Of a stretch of 64,000 bases of DNA, positions 25,973 to 40,435 are shown piece after piece. Location: contig CM120640.1 of assembly GCA_051362555.1 (NCBI GenBank), positions 68,612,788 through 68,676,787 of the forward strand. The letters are read 5' to 3'. The stretch is from Lingula anatina. Lineage: Eukaryota > Animalia > Brachiopoda. The position numbers and the translations under genes are program-made. Under the pieces are notes generated by a model. The model ran no database searches. It was given only the letters and a program-made list of their open reading frames with translations, and was not told the DNA's origin. Positions within the stretch are counted from its first letter, which is position 1; every line of letters starts with the position of its first letter.

Positions 25973-28900
25973 GAAAATGTTCACTTTTATCCCAATTAAG
26001 TTTTAGATAAAGCTGATAAATAGACAAAAATTGTTTGAAGTATATCAATTTCTTTATCAGCTTATTTATTTCTGGAAACAGGAAATATGCTACCATAAGA
26101 CTAACATATCCAAATGTAACCACTAGCTACATATTTTTTCATAAAATGCACTTAACATTAAATAAATTTATTGCGTCTTATCAGTTTCATTCATTTTCTT
26201 CTCTGTCTACCTATTCACTTTAGTTCTGTTAACACAAAAAAGACTGCATTCACCCTTACACTGAGGGACCCCACCTGCCCTAAGTAATTCCACCGATGCA
26301 GATGTGATATCACATTATGGACAGTTACTCTATTGGGACCTATCCACAGGGAGCCCCCGTTATCCTTTACTTCAGTTAATGTTAGTATGGCAGCATGCAC
26401 AAGTGCAGTCAGATGATATGCAGCAGAACCAACATGCAATTTATCAATTATTAAACTGTTGGATGAAGGAAGGAAGTAACACCATGTCCTACCTAGTACT
26501 TGATCGCTAATTGACCATAACTGCTGGTGATTATGATTATCCTTTTATTAGCTGACAAAAACAAAGGAACTGTGCCTGATAAGTGTGGCATATTGCTCAC
26601 TTAGCATCATAGTAATGTGGAGTTGCTGTCTTTATGTACTTAAACATTTTACTTGGCAAATGTTCACACTAAATTGGTTGTAAGGCCTCTTGATATTCCC
26701 TTCATAATTTTACATTAAATGATGTATAGTTTGTGACCATGATTTGTTTACAGTAAAATAATTCTACACACAGTTTTCCTCACTATTCATCTTGTGAATA
26801 GTTTCCAATTCCAGCCAGACGGTATTATTTGTGAGCAGAAAGCAAACAGGTAATGTTGTTCAACATTGCTGATATTACGTAATTCTTGCTATATAAGCTT
26901 CCAACACAAAGGACCATAAGCCAGGTTTATGATTCTTAAGAAAGAACATTTGATAAGCTAATGGTACTATTGGTAATCGCATATAGTTTTAATATTCACA
27001 GTATTTGTTAAAAGGCTTAATGTCTGGTGTTACTTCTAGTGTATACTCCTAACTGTTTGATCACAATCTTACCAGCTCAATTAATTTGCCACAGAAGTTA
27101 ATACACATGTTAAAGCTTTTTCAATCACCTCTCACTGGTAATCATTATTTGGCAAAAGTCTCCCTATCTGGTTTTTATTCAATCTCTCAGAAAATATGCC
27201 AAGTCTTGATGAAAATCACCCTAAAAATAGTCTTAATGTGCAGAAAATTTCCTGGATAATCAAAGCTAACTAAATGTTGTTGCAATGACTAAAGGTAACA
27301 ACACCTACATTACTACTAAACCAGTTATGTCATATAGACCTGCAATTTCCAATTATGCTTTGGCAGCTGTAATTGTAGTAGTCATGTAACGGCATCCACT
27401 AAGAATTTCTTCCGTTCAGGGTCAGACAGATGCCAGCAATGCTAAATGTGCCTAATTTTAAAGCAGGTGAACTAAGAGTGATCAATTTTACTTTAAAAGG
27501 AGGCAAAAATGAAGATAGGCATTTTTCTTTTCTTTTATGAAGAAAGAGGAGATACAGTTCAATAAGTAGTTCACCTGGTATTATATGGACAGATAAACTC
27601 ACCGAAGTCTAGAAGATTTAGTTTTTTATCGAATTTGTCATGTTAGTTAAAAGAGTAAAGAAAACTACAGCATAGATTATCTATGTATACTGCTTCACTC
27701 TGGGAAGTCAATTCAATATTTTACCAACAGATAAAATTATGTATGCTTCACCTTACTTAATTGCTACTACATATGATCAAGAATCTGCTTAAATTTAAGG
27801 TTTAAAAAGACTCCTTTTTACAAAGATTTTTATTATGCTTGTCATTTTTTTTTTTTTTTTTTTTTTTTTTGTCAGAAACATAAATCTTTAAACTTTCTAC
27901 AGAGGGGAAGACTTCATTTGGACAAACAAGACAATATGATTAAATGTAACTTTATGTGAGTAAATAAAAGGATATTTAGTGATAGAAAAAAGTACTATAT
28001 GTTTTAAAAGTTCCCATCTGAAGAACTTCAAAGATGAAATGACATATCTCTACAAAAGGGTGGAGAATTGTAACAAAAATACTTAACTCCCCAAACAGCT
28101 GTCACAAAAAAAAGGTCCCATTATTCAAGCTGATAACAATTTCTCTCCTGTCCAGTGCTAATATCACCAGCATACAGTGGCCGAATTGCAAGCAGCAGCA
28201 GGTGCTGGCTGTGTGTGAATGCCAATAGGGGAATTCCTAACAAAAGCACTAAAAACACCATCACAGGCAGCCTGTGTGCATGTGCGGGAATCCATACAAA
28301 GACTTGATACTACAGAGTGGTGGTTGTCTGAGCAGGTGCTACTAATGTAAATTATGCACTTTTCACCTGTCCCTGTCTCTGGTATAAAAGGCCAGCCATG
28401 GGTACACAACAATAATAACAGAGAGGCACTGGCTTATGGGGGATTTAATATTAATTATCTATTAGTGCAAATACTTTGAGATAATAACAGTAATTGTCCT
28501 GTATATTTCTATCCTAATACCCATGCACAGTCCTTGGCTGAATGAAATTCATCGTACAGACAACAATGGCTGCAAAAGCTTCAAAATATCATCTGAATCC
28601 CTAATGGGTTGTGTTCTTACAATAAAGCAAATCATAAGGAAAACATCAAGCCACTTTTGGAACTAAAATAGAAATGGCTCTACTTGATAATATACTATCT
28701 GATATGCAACATGAAACTCAAATCTCATAAAAACTAAATAATTCATGGAAACTGAGAGAAAACGGGGCAATAGCATGGTATACCACTGGAGCTTAAAGTG
28801 GATTTGTTACCAGCCAGTCCCAAAAGATACATAAACCTGGCAAAATTGACAAACAACATGGTCACAGTCACGGCATCCTCTTCCAAGATCTAAAACGAGC

Positions 28901-29255
28901 ATATCACAACAAAGATCAATGACCCAGGGGATTGCATGTTTTACTACTTTCAAAACCATAACCGACATTTAATTCAATGAAACACATTTTAAATGAAAAA
29001 GATCTTGAACCAGTTCTCTGCTATACGATAGTGCAAGCTACATCCCTATATGTTATATAGGTGGGGTGCAGCTTTAATACCTTCCCCATTTATATCAAAG
29101 GTAAGCTAAACTCAGTTTAGCACACCATATAAGGTGGAGTGTAAGTTACATTCACCTAGATCAGGAAAGGATATATCAGCAGCATGACATCCTGTGCTTG
29201 ATGGGTAGCAATGAGAGCACATTAAGACTATCTAAGGGAGCCAGTATAACATTGC

Positions 29256-29257
<2 letters not shown>

Positions 29258-29285
<28 letters not shown>
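29258..29285. repeat. (AT)n microsatellite
   Basis: Perfect AT run. Confidence 0.95.
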
Positions 29286-29289
<4 letters not shown>

Positions 29290-29819
29290 CAGATGGAGGA
29301 ATACTCATCTTATGACTTGAAAGCAATTATAAGAAGTACTGTAACACCTCTATGACATGTTCAATGATACATTATCATTGCAATAAACGGATCTATATGA
29401 GAAGTTGTGAGCACTGCTTTTCAGAAAAACTGACCTGTTACAGACACCAATATGACAGATACAGATCGTTGTTCATAACAGTGTCTTGTTATCTGTCCCA
29501 GTATTGAAATGTGTCCTCTTTCGGCAAGATGCATTAGTTGTGACACAACATATACCTTGTTAGGTGCATTGCTCAGCTTCACGTAAGTCAGAGACAAACT
29601 ATGTCATGACTGTGGGACATAAACTTCAGTGTTACTAATTGGTCTACAGACTGAGTGACAAGCACATGTACAGCCACAGTGGGCATCCCCACTGCCATGA
29701 CAAGGAACAATACATAAGGAATAAATCTATGTCACATTAAGCTAACATGTGCATGTGTATACAAATTAAATTAAGGCAGAGGCCCTATTGAAAACTGTGC
29801 CTTCATTAACTGGTTATAC

Positions 29820-30008
29820 AAGTCTGTAGCCAGCAATTTCAGAGAGGGTTCCTTTTCTAGAAAATGGGCTTTTTTACTCCTTAAACTGTTATGTTGATCC
29901 AAGGCTAAAATGGCATAGAACTTGTAGATCAAAAGATTCAGAGCAGACTATTTTTGTCCAATGAGCGGTTATTTTGAGCTCCCCCCCCCCTTCTTGCCAA
30001 TAGGACTC
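29820..30008. mobile_element. Diverged family A copy
   Basis: Begins caagtctgtagccagcaatttcaga and has a C-run near its end, as in the other family A copies. Confidence 0.5.
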
Positions 30009-31257
30009 ATAAAATCTTGCTGATTTCAACAAAATACCAGATTAGAAAGAGATCCATAATGCCTTAAAATTTCCTATATAACACCATGTGGTTATTTTAA
30101 CTAAACTATTTCTTGCCTAAATTAATCAAGCAGCACTGAGGTCTCATTATCCCACTACATTGTACTTGTAACATATTTGCACTGCTTAACACTAAAGTCC
30201 ACAGACTCCTCCACTGGCAGTGTCCACAATGACACAAGATTAAATGGGTGCCCTTTTTTTTACTAAGAAGATTAGCTATTATGAAGGTTTGGTATTCTGA
30301 AATACAAGTCATGATTTTGAAATACGAGTTAAAAAAAGCCTAAAGAAAGACTGCAAAAAAATATATGTTAAACAGGGGTGCACTTTTTCTGCATTATATT
30401 AAATGTCAAATTAAAATCATCATGAAAATACAAGGTACTAAACCCAATTACATAATATTTTTTTAAAAATGTTCATGAAGTGCACTTATTGCATCAGTAT
30501 ACCTTTTCACAATAGCAAACTTTTGAATAAGGGAACCCTAATAGTGTACCTTCATAACAGCAAACCCCATATTTCAGAGGCCATAAAAATCAATTTTTTC
30601 CTAATAGCAGCATTCATAACAGAGTTGACCTCAACGAAGTGATGTGTCTTCCCTGTAAAGGGGGGGGGGGGGGCAGTAGGCTTAACATGGGTAAACAAAG
30701 GTTTGCCCCTATAGTGAGCTTACTACAAATTAAATATCTTGCCAGGACATGTGGACTCAAAAAAAGGTCATAAAGATCCACTTATGTTGCCCACTATGTA
30801 ATATTTGTAAAAAAAATTTGTTTTCAACTTTCACACTTCTTTGCCGTAAAAGCTTTAAAATAAAATTAATCAATGAAAAATACAAAACAGAAAGATGACC
30901 ATTTATTTTAGATATTTTTCAACTTACTTCCAATATGGTTTGGATGTGTTTTCCTTTGGCACATACATTTTTCTTCCAATTTCCACTAAGAGTGTACCAT
31001 AAAGTACTTAAATGCTCCCCTGACGGTAAAAAAAAAAGCCAAGTCACAACAAAATTCAAATGTGGCCAATAGTCTCTAGCTTGAACCAAGCCCCAGTGGT
31101 CACAGACCTAGAGATAATCAACTCAGCCAAAATTACTTTAAGTGCATTCTATGAACCAAATGGATGGAAACAATTGGAGGCGCATAGTAGCAGTATTTCA
31201 TTCTTAGAAAATGTCTGATGCCTCTTGTCAAACTGCTGCAAATAGTAAAAGTCAATT

Positions 31258-31425
31258 AAGTCTTTTGTCAAGGGACCACCATTCCATATACCTCTACTCC
31301 AGTAAAACAGGTACTTAAAAGCAGGAGATGTAATGCTTATCTATACTTTCAAGAGCACCATCAAGTTTTTGTCAAGGGACTTCATTTACTTATAACTATC
31401 TCAGTTGAACAGGTACTTAAAAAGT
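31258..31425. repeat. Diverged direct duplication, period about 100 bp
   Basis: ttttgtcaagggac...aacaggtacttaaaa occurs twice. Confidence 0.7.
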
Positions 31426-34400
31426 TGCAACACTTATTAACATATCAATATAGAGGATCATCAAGTTTTATGAAAATATGCAAGTCTTAGTTACATGAAG
31501 TGGGGTTAATTTGTACGTTTTGATGAAAACTTGAAATTAAAAACCAGACAGCAAAGCTGTCACGTATACAAACGTTAAACAAGAAAGAAAAAAAAATATA
31601 TTAAATGAAGTTGATATGGAAGGATAAATGAATTTTCCTGAATATCAAAATTAAAATCCACCATAACAATATTTTCATATAGTTTTGAACAGGTTTATTT
31701 CAGTTGATCAGTAACAGTTAGATCCAAAACTTGGTACCAAAATTATGTATCACTTTAACACCTTGATGTAGAAGGGAAAGTTGCTGAAGTTTAAAGGAAG
31801 GTTGATGATCCTTAACCCCCTATCTAAACAGGTTCTTTAAAATCTAGACCCCCATAAAATCTATGTTCTTCAAAAAAAGGGAAAGGTGTAAGCAGGCACA
31901 GACTTACAAGCAAGACAGGCAATTTTTCATTAGTCCATTAAACAAGATAATTCTAGCAGTTGTATCTGGATTTTATTTGAATTTTATTGGTAACAAGGGA
32001 TTTGAGATTAGTCCCAATTGGCAGCAAGTAATGAATATTTTTAACTTAGCCAAGATTAACATATTATCTTTATTTTTGAAGGTCCTTAAATGTTATCTTT
32101 GATACTCATTAAACACCACTATTCCTTTTCCTTTGGAGATCTAAGGCAAAACTTCACTAAAACACATTTTAAAATTCAATAAAGGTACACCCTTATTAAA
32201 AATTTAAAAGGTCATGGCACAAAAGCTGTTGTCCTGCAATACTCTTTGATATATTGGTTCAAATTTCCACAGCTGCTCCTGATCCTGTAAGCCAAAGGTG
32301 TATCATTAGGTGTCATCAGTGCATGTTTTATCTTCTCCACATCTTATTTCACATAATCAATACAATTTAAGCTGTTGTTCAGTCATGCTAGTCACTTAAG
32401 GATTTGCTAAAAGTAAAGGCTGTGTCACTGAAGTTAGCATGAATGTCAGGAAAAATAGCTATAAATTTCAGAAAATAGCTCAAAGTTGCATGAAAAAGTA
32501 TTCAGGTCACATCACTGTTTCCCTAAACTTCGTGCCTTAAAAACAAAGCCAAGATAGTGGCATATAAGCAAATCTACAAATAAATTGGTCTGCAGCTGTT
32601 GTCTTCCTTACATAAAAGGATGCCTTTGAAATTATACACAAAAGGCAGGTTCATTTTTCTTGTCTGAGAATGTTCTTTTATGACCCATCAAACAACTATA
32701 AATGACTTACCAAAAAAAAAAAAAAAAAACTTACATAAGTGACCTGGCTGAAATTTTTAAAAAATCAACAAGGGGGGGAGGAGACATATTGTGATGTGAT
32801 GTAAGTCCACAAGTTAAATTTCAATTGGTACAAAAATTAAGTTTAGACCTTTCAAAACACAAAATATATATCCAGTGCTGCTATGCACGATTTCCCAGAA
32901 ACTTCAAAGAAACATTGCCTCCTCCCTAGAGGTGATTTCACACATTTCTGCAGTAATCCCCTTCTAGTCCATTATCTTGAACAAGCAGATCACAACCTTG
33001 GTATTTCAGTATGCAATTTAAACTCTTCCTGGGATCTCACTTAACTGAGAAGCTGCCATGAATAAATGATGTTACAACTTATATTAATATAAAATATATC
33101 ATGTCATATTGCTTTGATAAGGACTTTATGAGAAGAATGTAGGTGTAAGTGTAAAAACAAGCTATGTGATGTCTTTAAAGTATGCTGCATGGTTTTGTTG
33201 TACAAAAAGAACCAAAATACAGACATCAATGTGAGCATCTGTAAGGAAACGGCACCTAGCTTGGTAACTGCCCTAGAAGTCAAACTAACATGACCTTACA
33301 ATCAATGAATACAGAAATACTGATGATAATTCACATTATTCTAATTAATTGAATTCAGCCGTAATTTTCTGTGTGGTTAGTTAGCAGGATCAATGTTTCC
33401 AACTTAATTTCCTTTTTTTGTCAATTCCACACACAGTTCATCAAACAAGTAATAGGGAGTCTAAAATTAGATCATTGGATTATAGAAATGAGAGGGAAAA
33501 ACGACAGAAATGAGTTGATAAAATAATAAGCATACCTCAAGCAAATTACTTATTTTTTTACTATTTGAAAAATCACCCAGTATAAGAACTAGCGATGCAA
33601 CTGATAAACAGAATGAAGTGACATAATTGTAAATGAGAAAAGACGAAATTAAGCATCTTCCTCAAAATGGTAAAGTGAACGTTTAGTAGACCAAGGACAG
33701 TTTACACTTAAAATGACTATGTTTAACATCAAAAGGTGTTGCACTACAGAAACCTTAAGCACAACTTGGTTAAAAATAATCAAAGCTAATTAGTTTCTAC
33801 GCCCATCCCATACATCCAGAAATAAAGAACAATGAAATCCCCATTTCAGATGAAACATTTTACCAAGAAAAATTGCATCAAACAGTGCAAAACTGAAATA
33901 TATCCCAAGGATTGTCAAGATTTGAGTCAGAGTTTGCTTTCTCACTTTACAAGGAATATCAAACACTGCCATCATGTACAACTGATACATGCGGCATAAT
34001 TTATCCCTGAGTCATGACAAAATATCAGGCAACATTGCCCGTGATTGTGCCATACTATGAGTCATTACTTCTAGCTAGCATATAGAGAAGGATACGACCG
34101 TTTTAGGTCTTTACCTGTCTTGCACATTGTTAGTGGTCCTTATCTTTGATTAGTATTATTTTCATTAATATGTTTTATTGACAGGCCTGGAACAATTTGC
34201 AGACTCTTGTAATGACAACACTTCAAAAATATTGAAAGTAAAAAATATTATGAGATGAAGAAACTAAAGGTTTTGTTCTATAATCTTATAGATAAATTTT
34301 TTCTTTATGCAACAAAATTGAGAAACCTACATTACATTTTTCACAGATTTTAGAAAGAGTCTCAGAAAAACTGAAAATTTAAGCATCAAACACATATTAT

Positions 34401-37358
34401 ACCCTAGCTTCACCATATCATGTGACATACATACTGTAATTCAAACAAATGCTCTGTGAAGTCAACTTAATAGATCATCAATTGAAGTTTGCTGGAGTGT
34501 TTATTAAATCAATTTGTTAACCCACACCCTGCTGATGAATCACTGACTGTTGACATTAAGAGCCCTTGCCTATATATATGTCAGTTTACCTACTTTGTCT
34601 TTGGATTTGATGACTCCATCTTTATACATTTAAATCTGCAATGTAAATTTATAATTAGTCTCATTTTATCATATCAAGTGACATAAAAATGGACCTCACT
34701 GAGCAACCCCCGTTAATTGCACTCTTTTAAACACACATGTAAAACAATTATGCACTCTGATATTTCAACAAATACTTCAAACTGAAATAAGAAACCAAAG
34801 TTTGATAAAGTAGACTAATTAGAATTTTACCATCACTGTATATTGTTAAGTATGCCTTCATGACAGAAAAAATATGCCATTGTCTAAAATTAGAGTAGCT
34901 TACCCTATAAAATAATAAAGCAGAATTAGTTAATTGCACTGCACATAATGAAAAATGTACAAGAAATCAATGGCTAAAATGCTGCAGTAGTAACATCTGA
35001 TGGGCTCAATTAACACATTCAAAGAAAATTCTCTTCCTTACTGTTGATGTGCGATAGTTGATCACAGAGACCAACTAAATAAGAGGTAAATGCATCATGG
35101 TATGATTATAAGCAAAAACAAACACGCCTTGGTTAACCAGTAAAGGAACTAACAAATGATAATTGTATCAAATAAAACAAACAAACAAACAAATAATAAT
35201 AATAATCCAATCAGGCTAATTTTAGTGTGCACTGAATGCACATGTGCTATATTGTATGGGGAGAATTGGGACGAAGAAACCCTAGATATAGATACTGGGT
35301 TCACAATATCATTTTAAGTATACTGTGTGTAAAAGAAACAAATTGCCAGAAATGCCCATCTACTCAATGTACTTCTGGCTTGGGAGTCCAACTCCCTTGA
35401 ATGCCAGATGGCTTTGTGTCCAGACACAGTGTGTTAAAAAAAAAGAAAAAGAAAATGCCCCTGATAGCAACAGTCGCCTATATATTATACAAAAATCACT
35501 GTAACACAACTGGGGTGTTACTCTGCTTTAAGTATAAAGTAATATCGGTAAGGATGCAGTTCCTCACGTCTCTTTATGAGCACCTGAGCAGGGTAAATTT
35601 GAATGTTGAAACATTGAACTTTTGCCTCCATGTTTTCCTCACATACTCAAGCTACTTTTACTTATGTCACTTATTTTGAACTTAACAAATAATTTATTCC
35701 TTTTCATGGACAAACCATTAAGATTTCATAAATTTAAATTCATATAAATAGAGGCCTGATACATATCATATGTCTTTAAAGAAGATATAATTTTTGGAAA
35801 TATTTCTTGACATCTGAAGTCGGCTTTCTTGATCCTTAACCCCAAGTTGATATTTTCTGGGGGACAATAGCAAACTTAAAGGGAAACAAATAGGGGGATT
35901 ACTGCAGAAATTGCTGGTAGACAAACACTGACAGTTCACACACAGCCAGACAAAACAACATAGTAATATTTGATGTAATAAACTACTTACCACCACTACA
36001 GTCAGTAGAAAGCACTGCTCTATTCACCATTGTGAAGTGTTGGTCTGATCACAGTCTGACAACGATCCTAGGCCCAACCAGGCTCCTCATTGGTCTCAGA
36101 TGCCAGATTCTAATTGCACCCAACTTATAATAAAATCTAAACCAAGTAAAAAATACCCCACAAAAAAGTTTTAAAAGCAATGCATATCTTGCACAGCACT
36201 GTTCAGATCTTCAAAAAAGTCCTCCAGCTTGGAATCCAGGAAACAAATAATATTATCTCAAAAGAGGCATAATCACAAAATTAAGTGTTAAGTTATTCAC
36301 TGAAACGGTTAAAATTCTTTACCAAAACACCCAAAATTTCTTGAATAGTTTATTATATACACTATTAAAATTTTAATAAAATATATTAGATGTTTTTCTG
36401 ATATCTCAACCGGCTTTGTTCTGAGATGACAGTCTCAATAAGTTTATCTAAGAGCAAGTAGCAGATTTCTTTGATTCCATAAGAGTATCAATGGTTAGTT
36501 AATAGTCTCTCACTTCTACAAATTGCTTTCTGGGAAAAAAAGCTAATGAATATGAAGAGGCATTTTTGATTCCTTATATACAACACTGATAATGTGTTTG
36601 AGCTGCTGTTCACTTAAAATTATTTTAAGTCAGACCATTTGTGTGTATTGTACAGTCACAGACTCTGGTATTTGATTAAATGAAGCAGCTTGGAAACTTT
36701 CTTGCCCTCCTTTCCTCTGCAGCAGTGTTTCTTTTCCCTTGAATCTAAAAGGCAAAATAAGTATTTAGAATATTTCAAACATTACTATCTACTGCCAATT
36801 TCATTTTAGCTAATCTTAGAAAGAGTGGTTACAAAAGACAGTGTCTTCAGGGAAAATATTTCAAAACTCCATTACATAATGCCCATGTCACACTTATTAG
36901 GAATCTGCAGGGATGAAGCAGAACCACCCAGAGGGAATTCAGGAGGAAATTTCAAATGACCTAAAGCTGATAGCGGGTAAATTGTAAGTGCATTTCACCA
37001 TTCAATATTTCTCCATTTGGAATACATCTCAAAGGTTTTGAAGATAAACAAAACAATGAGGCTGACCAGGACAAAATGCACTCAGAATTTTTAGAATAAA
37101 TTTTAAATATCCAGGAATATATAAAGAATTTTCATTCTAATGGCATTCTGTTGAATTTGCAATTAATTCTTTCCTTTCTTATCAAATACCTATCCTATCA
37201 AAGTTTGTGAAGAGGGTAGACCTTTATGAGATATAAGTCCACTAACAAACATAAAAATAATGCCGATGACAACACATCTTCCTTTGTTGGAGGAAGTAAA
37301 AAAAAAAAAGCAGGATAAGTATACCTCTAAAACCCAACTTACTGTTTGGACTGTGGAT

Positions 37359-37466
37359 TCAAAGTCCATCTGTGCCCCAGTACTCCAGAGCTTCCTGCAG
37401 TTTTTTCCTTGCTGCTCTCACTCGGTGTTCTTGTCGCCTCACATCTTCATCACTGATGAGTACTTT
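37359..37466 (-). CDS. MBD2/3: MBD2/3 exon 6 (C-terminal coiled coil)
   Basis: tttgtttag|KVLISDEDVRRQEHRVRAARKKLQEALEYWGTDGL*, matching the MBD2 p66-binding coiled coil (TDEDIRKQEERV..RKKLEEAL). Confidence 0.92.
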   Translation of the reverse strand, partial: KVLISDEDVRRQEHRVRAARKKLQEALEYWGTDGL

Positions 37467-37783
37467 CTAAACAAAAAAGGTTAAAGATGGTATAAGGCTC
37501 CTAAAAAGAAGTGCAGAATTCCATTAACACTCAAAGAACCATATTCTTAAAGCATCACTGACTGAAGCAAAACGCCATACCTACCATCCTCTAACTGATA
37601 AAAGATCTTTAGACATGCTAGCTATACCATGACACCAAAGCCATAGGATACAACACCTGAGGAGGCATAAGTCTCCTAAAATTTGTAGTGCACAAGAGGT
37701 TGACACTACAAATGATGGTCTATCACCGTTAATCAACGTACGCAATCTCTTGTATGATATGAACAGAGAAGAAATGATCATAC

Positions 37784-37938
37784 CTGTATAAGAGGTTGCC
37801 CAGGGTTGATGTTAACTCCAGGGTTTTTGTCTATGGCTGATTTTGATGCACCCTGTCCTAGTAAAGGTTCATTGCTCAAGTGAAGTGCTGCTGCTATACT
37901 TTGGAGTAGATTTTCTTCACTCAAATCTGGTCCAACAC
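37784..37938 (-). CDS. MBD2/3: MBD2/3 exon 5
   Basis: (G)VGPDLSEENLLQSIAAALHLSNEPLLGQGASKSAIDKNPGVNINPGQPLIQ, with ag/gt boundaries, phase 1 to 0. Confidence 0.93.
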
Positions 37939-38135
37939 CTACGAAAAATAACAGTTCTTTTTACAAACCAGAGTATCTAGTTTTAAATTGTATTGAAAGA
38001 AATACCAACCAAAAAAAATCCCTAAACAAATGTCTGCATAACAGATTACATAGGTAGATAAAGAGTGTACTGAAGAACTATGGACTATGAAGTCAATACA
38101 AAAAATGCACATTATTAACTGGTCCACATACATAC

Positions 38136-38226
38136 CTAGTAAATTTTTAGGTAGCTCTATGGTTTTGAATATGTTTTCTGATGTATCACAAGCATCAATG
38201 CCTTGGAGATTCTTCTCCCAAAATAA
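38136..38226 (-). CDS. MBD2/3: MBD2/3 exon 4
   Basis: LFWEKNLQGIDACDTSENIFKTIELPKNLL, compare the MBD2/3 motif LFWEKRLQGL...MELPKGLQG. Phase 0 to 1. Confidence 0.93.
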
Positions 38227-38810
38227 CTGAAATTGAAGGTAACATCTGGTTGATATATATTTCAAAAATCTTAAAGTCAAGAGGCTGACTCTTGTTCTCT
38301 GTCGTGACACAAAACCTATTCAAAAATATTTGTTGGACCTTTTTGATTGGGTTTACTTAAAATTTAATCTCCTATCAAAGCAAAACAACAGTTAGTTTAC
38401 ATTCTCATCTGAAGACTTGTATGACTATGGATGCACATTTAGGCTCAAACTAGGCATGTGTATGCATGCATCTGTTATTGGCTTTGGATGATGAAGGTAT
38501 AATTATATAATAAGATGAAATTATGTTAGCACAGCACCAACATTGTGCAAATGAATTAAGAACAATTTACTCTTGAACAATATCAATTTAACCAATTTTA
38601 ACAAGAAATCAGTCTACTTTAATAACCACTGGTCCAACACAAAATAGTAGCAAAATTGCAGCCAGGCCAGTAATATCTCGTAAAACTGTTCAATCACTGA
38701 ATGATGTTTCTGCTTTGGAACAGGAGATTCCTTGACACCTGATGGACTACTGAGTTTTGACATATTGTGATAGAAACAATAATGGATGATATCATAGCCA
38801 GTTAGATCAC

Positions 38811-38953
38811 CTGTTTTGGGGGATCTTGTGGTCCATGTTTTAAGTCTGTGCGTGATTTTGATTGAGGCTGTGTTCTGATGACAGTGACTGGTTGCTTGAA
38901 TATCGAAGCCGTTTGGCGAATAGGAAGTACAAGACTAGAATCATGCCTCAGAC
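38811..38953 (-). CDS. MBD2/3: MBD2/3 exon 3
   Basis: (G)LRHDSSLVLPIRQTASIFKQPVTVIRTQPQSKSRTDLKHGPQDPPKQ. PIRQTASIFKQPVT is the MBD2/3 signature. Phase 1 to 0. Confidence 0.94.
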
Positions 38954-39228
38954 CTGAAAAGGATACAATTAATAATATTTTTATTTTAATTTTGGGCATT
39001 TTTCAAAAAGTAAATGGCTACTAATATTTTCAGCTAAGATATAACATTATCTCTATCAATACTGTACTACAAAAATGAAGGGTCCTTGAATTTTATGTCA
39101 TAAATGGAGAGATAAAAAACCAATTGTTTTTGCCTGTCACTTAGTACCCGGTCAACTACATAGACAAAGGGTTCTGGCAATGTGCAACTGGCTGTCACGT
39201 TTTTTTTTCCTGCTTATAATTAATGTAC

Positions 39229-39362
39229 CTTTCATTCGACGACTTTTCCTAATCGAACTATGGACAATTTTTCCTGTTCTAAAGTCAAAAGCTGTTAAAT
39301 CATAGAGATCCCCAAGGTGTCTTGCTAACTGTGGTTTGCTGCGAAATTTTCTTCCATCAGGA
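39229..39362 (-). CDS. MBD2/3: MBD2/3 exon 2 (second half of the MBD domain)
   Basis: (S)PDGRKFRSKPQLARHLGDLYDLTAFDFRTGKIVHSSIRKSRRMK. Acceptor tttcag, donor G|gtacat (phase 1, donor less certain). Confidence 0.9.
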
Positions 39363-40319
39363 CTGAAAAATAAAATTACATTATCAATTACAACAGTAAA
39401 AAAAAATATTAAAAAAAAAAAAACAGTGGAGTGGGCTAATACATATCATATAAAAAGCAACTGTATCTTCCATTCCACCACCGCTTAAAGGATGTCCCTC
39501 AATTGCACAATACACCATAACACAGTATAACACACTAGAAAAATCGAGTCCAGTCACAAGCAAACCTGGCAAACGGTCATTCCAATCAAAATAGGATGAC
39601 AATGTAAAAACTAAATCTATTACTAGGTAATTAATATAAATGATATAACTTAACAAGTTGACAAAATCTGTTTATTGTTGGGTCTGCAGCCATGTTGGTT
39701 GGTATTATTGCCAAGAAAAGAATGTTTATTACCTACTAGATTGCTTTTATATCACCCCATTTTGTTGGAAATGACGGTCTACTTTGTTTAATTGCCACTG
39801 GAGTCCTTTTTACCAGTGTGTTATGCTGTATTGTGCACCGGTGCTTAAAGGCTACTGGCAACCAAAGCAAAACAGGATGTCAGCAGTGACATAATATAAC
39901 AAGACTGGTCAGGGGCAGGCAAACAGATTTATGATTGACCTCAAAAAGGATGAAAGCAGAGTACAAATCATTTTCAGGTATAAATATATGTTCCAGTCAT
40001 AAAACGTTGAGCTAGAATATGCACCTTTAGTTATGCAGTGTATGTTGGTCACCTTGGTTTGAAAATAATTTTATGGTTGTTTCGATTTTGAATCGATTTA
40101 GTATTTTTCTTACAGATGCTAATGTGCATAATAATATATGGTGAATTTATTAAATTTGTTAAAAAATATTTAACGAACTTCGATAAATGTAAGAATGATG
40201 CCAAATGTTGGTGTCATTACAAATAACGTTACACTTTTTACATCCAAAGAACGACCATAGTAAAAATTAGCCCTTCCCTTAAGGCGACAAAAAAATTAAT
40301 AAACAATAAAATGGCGAAC

Positions 40320-40435
40320 CTGATATAATAGACATCGGTTTTACCAGCTGATAACCCCGATTTCCGAACAACTTCTTCTCTCATCCACCCGGAAGGTAAA
40401 CCTGTGCAGTCTGACCTTCTTTTTTCAAATGACAT
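40320..40435 (-). CDS. MBD2/3: Methyl-CpG-binding domain protein 2/3, exon 1
   Basis: MSFEKRRSDCTGLPSGWMREEVVRKSGLSAGKTDVYYI, donor AG|gttcgc phase 2. The six exons total 747 nt (248 aa). Confidence 0.93.

Noticed and set aside
39147-39175. Possible extra MBD2/3 mini-exon (EPFVYVVDR)
   Set aside because: Its 26-nt length breaks the frame between phase-1 neighbours.
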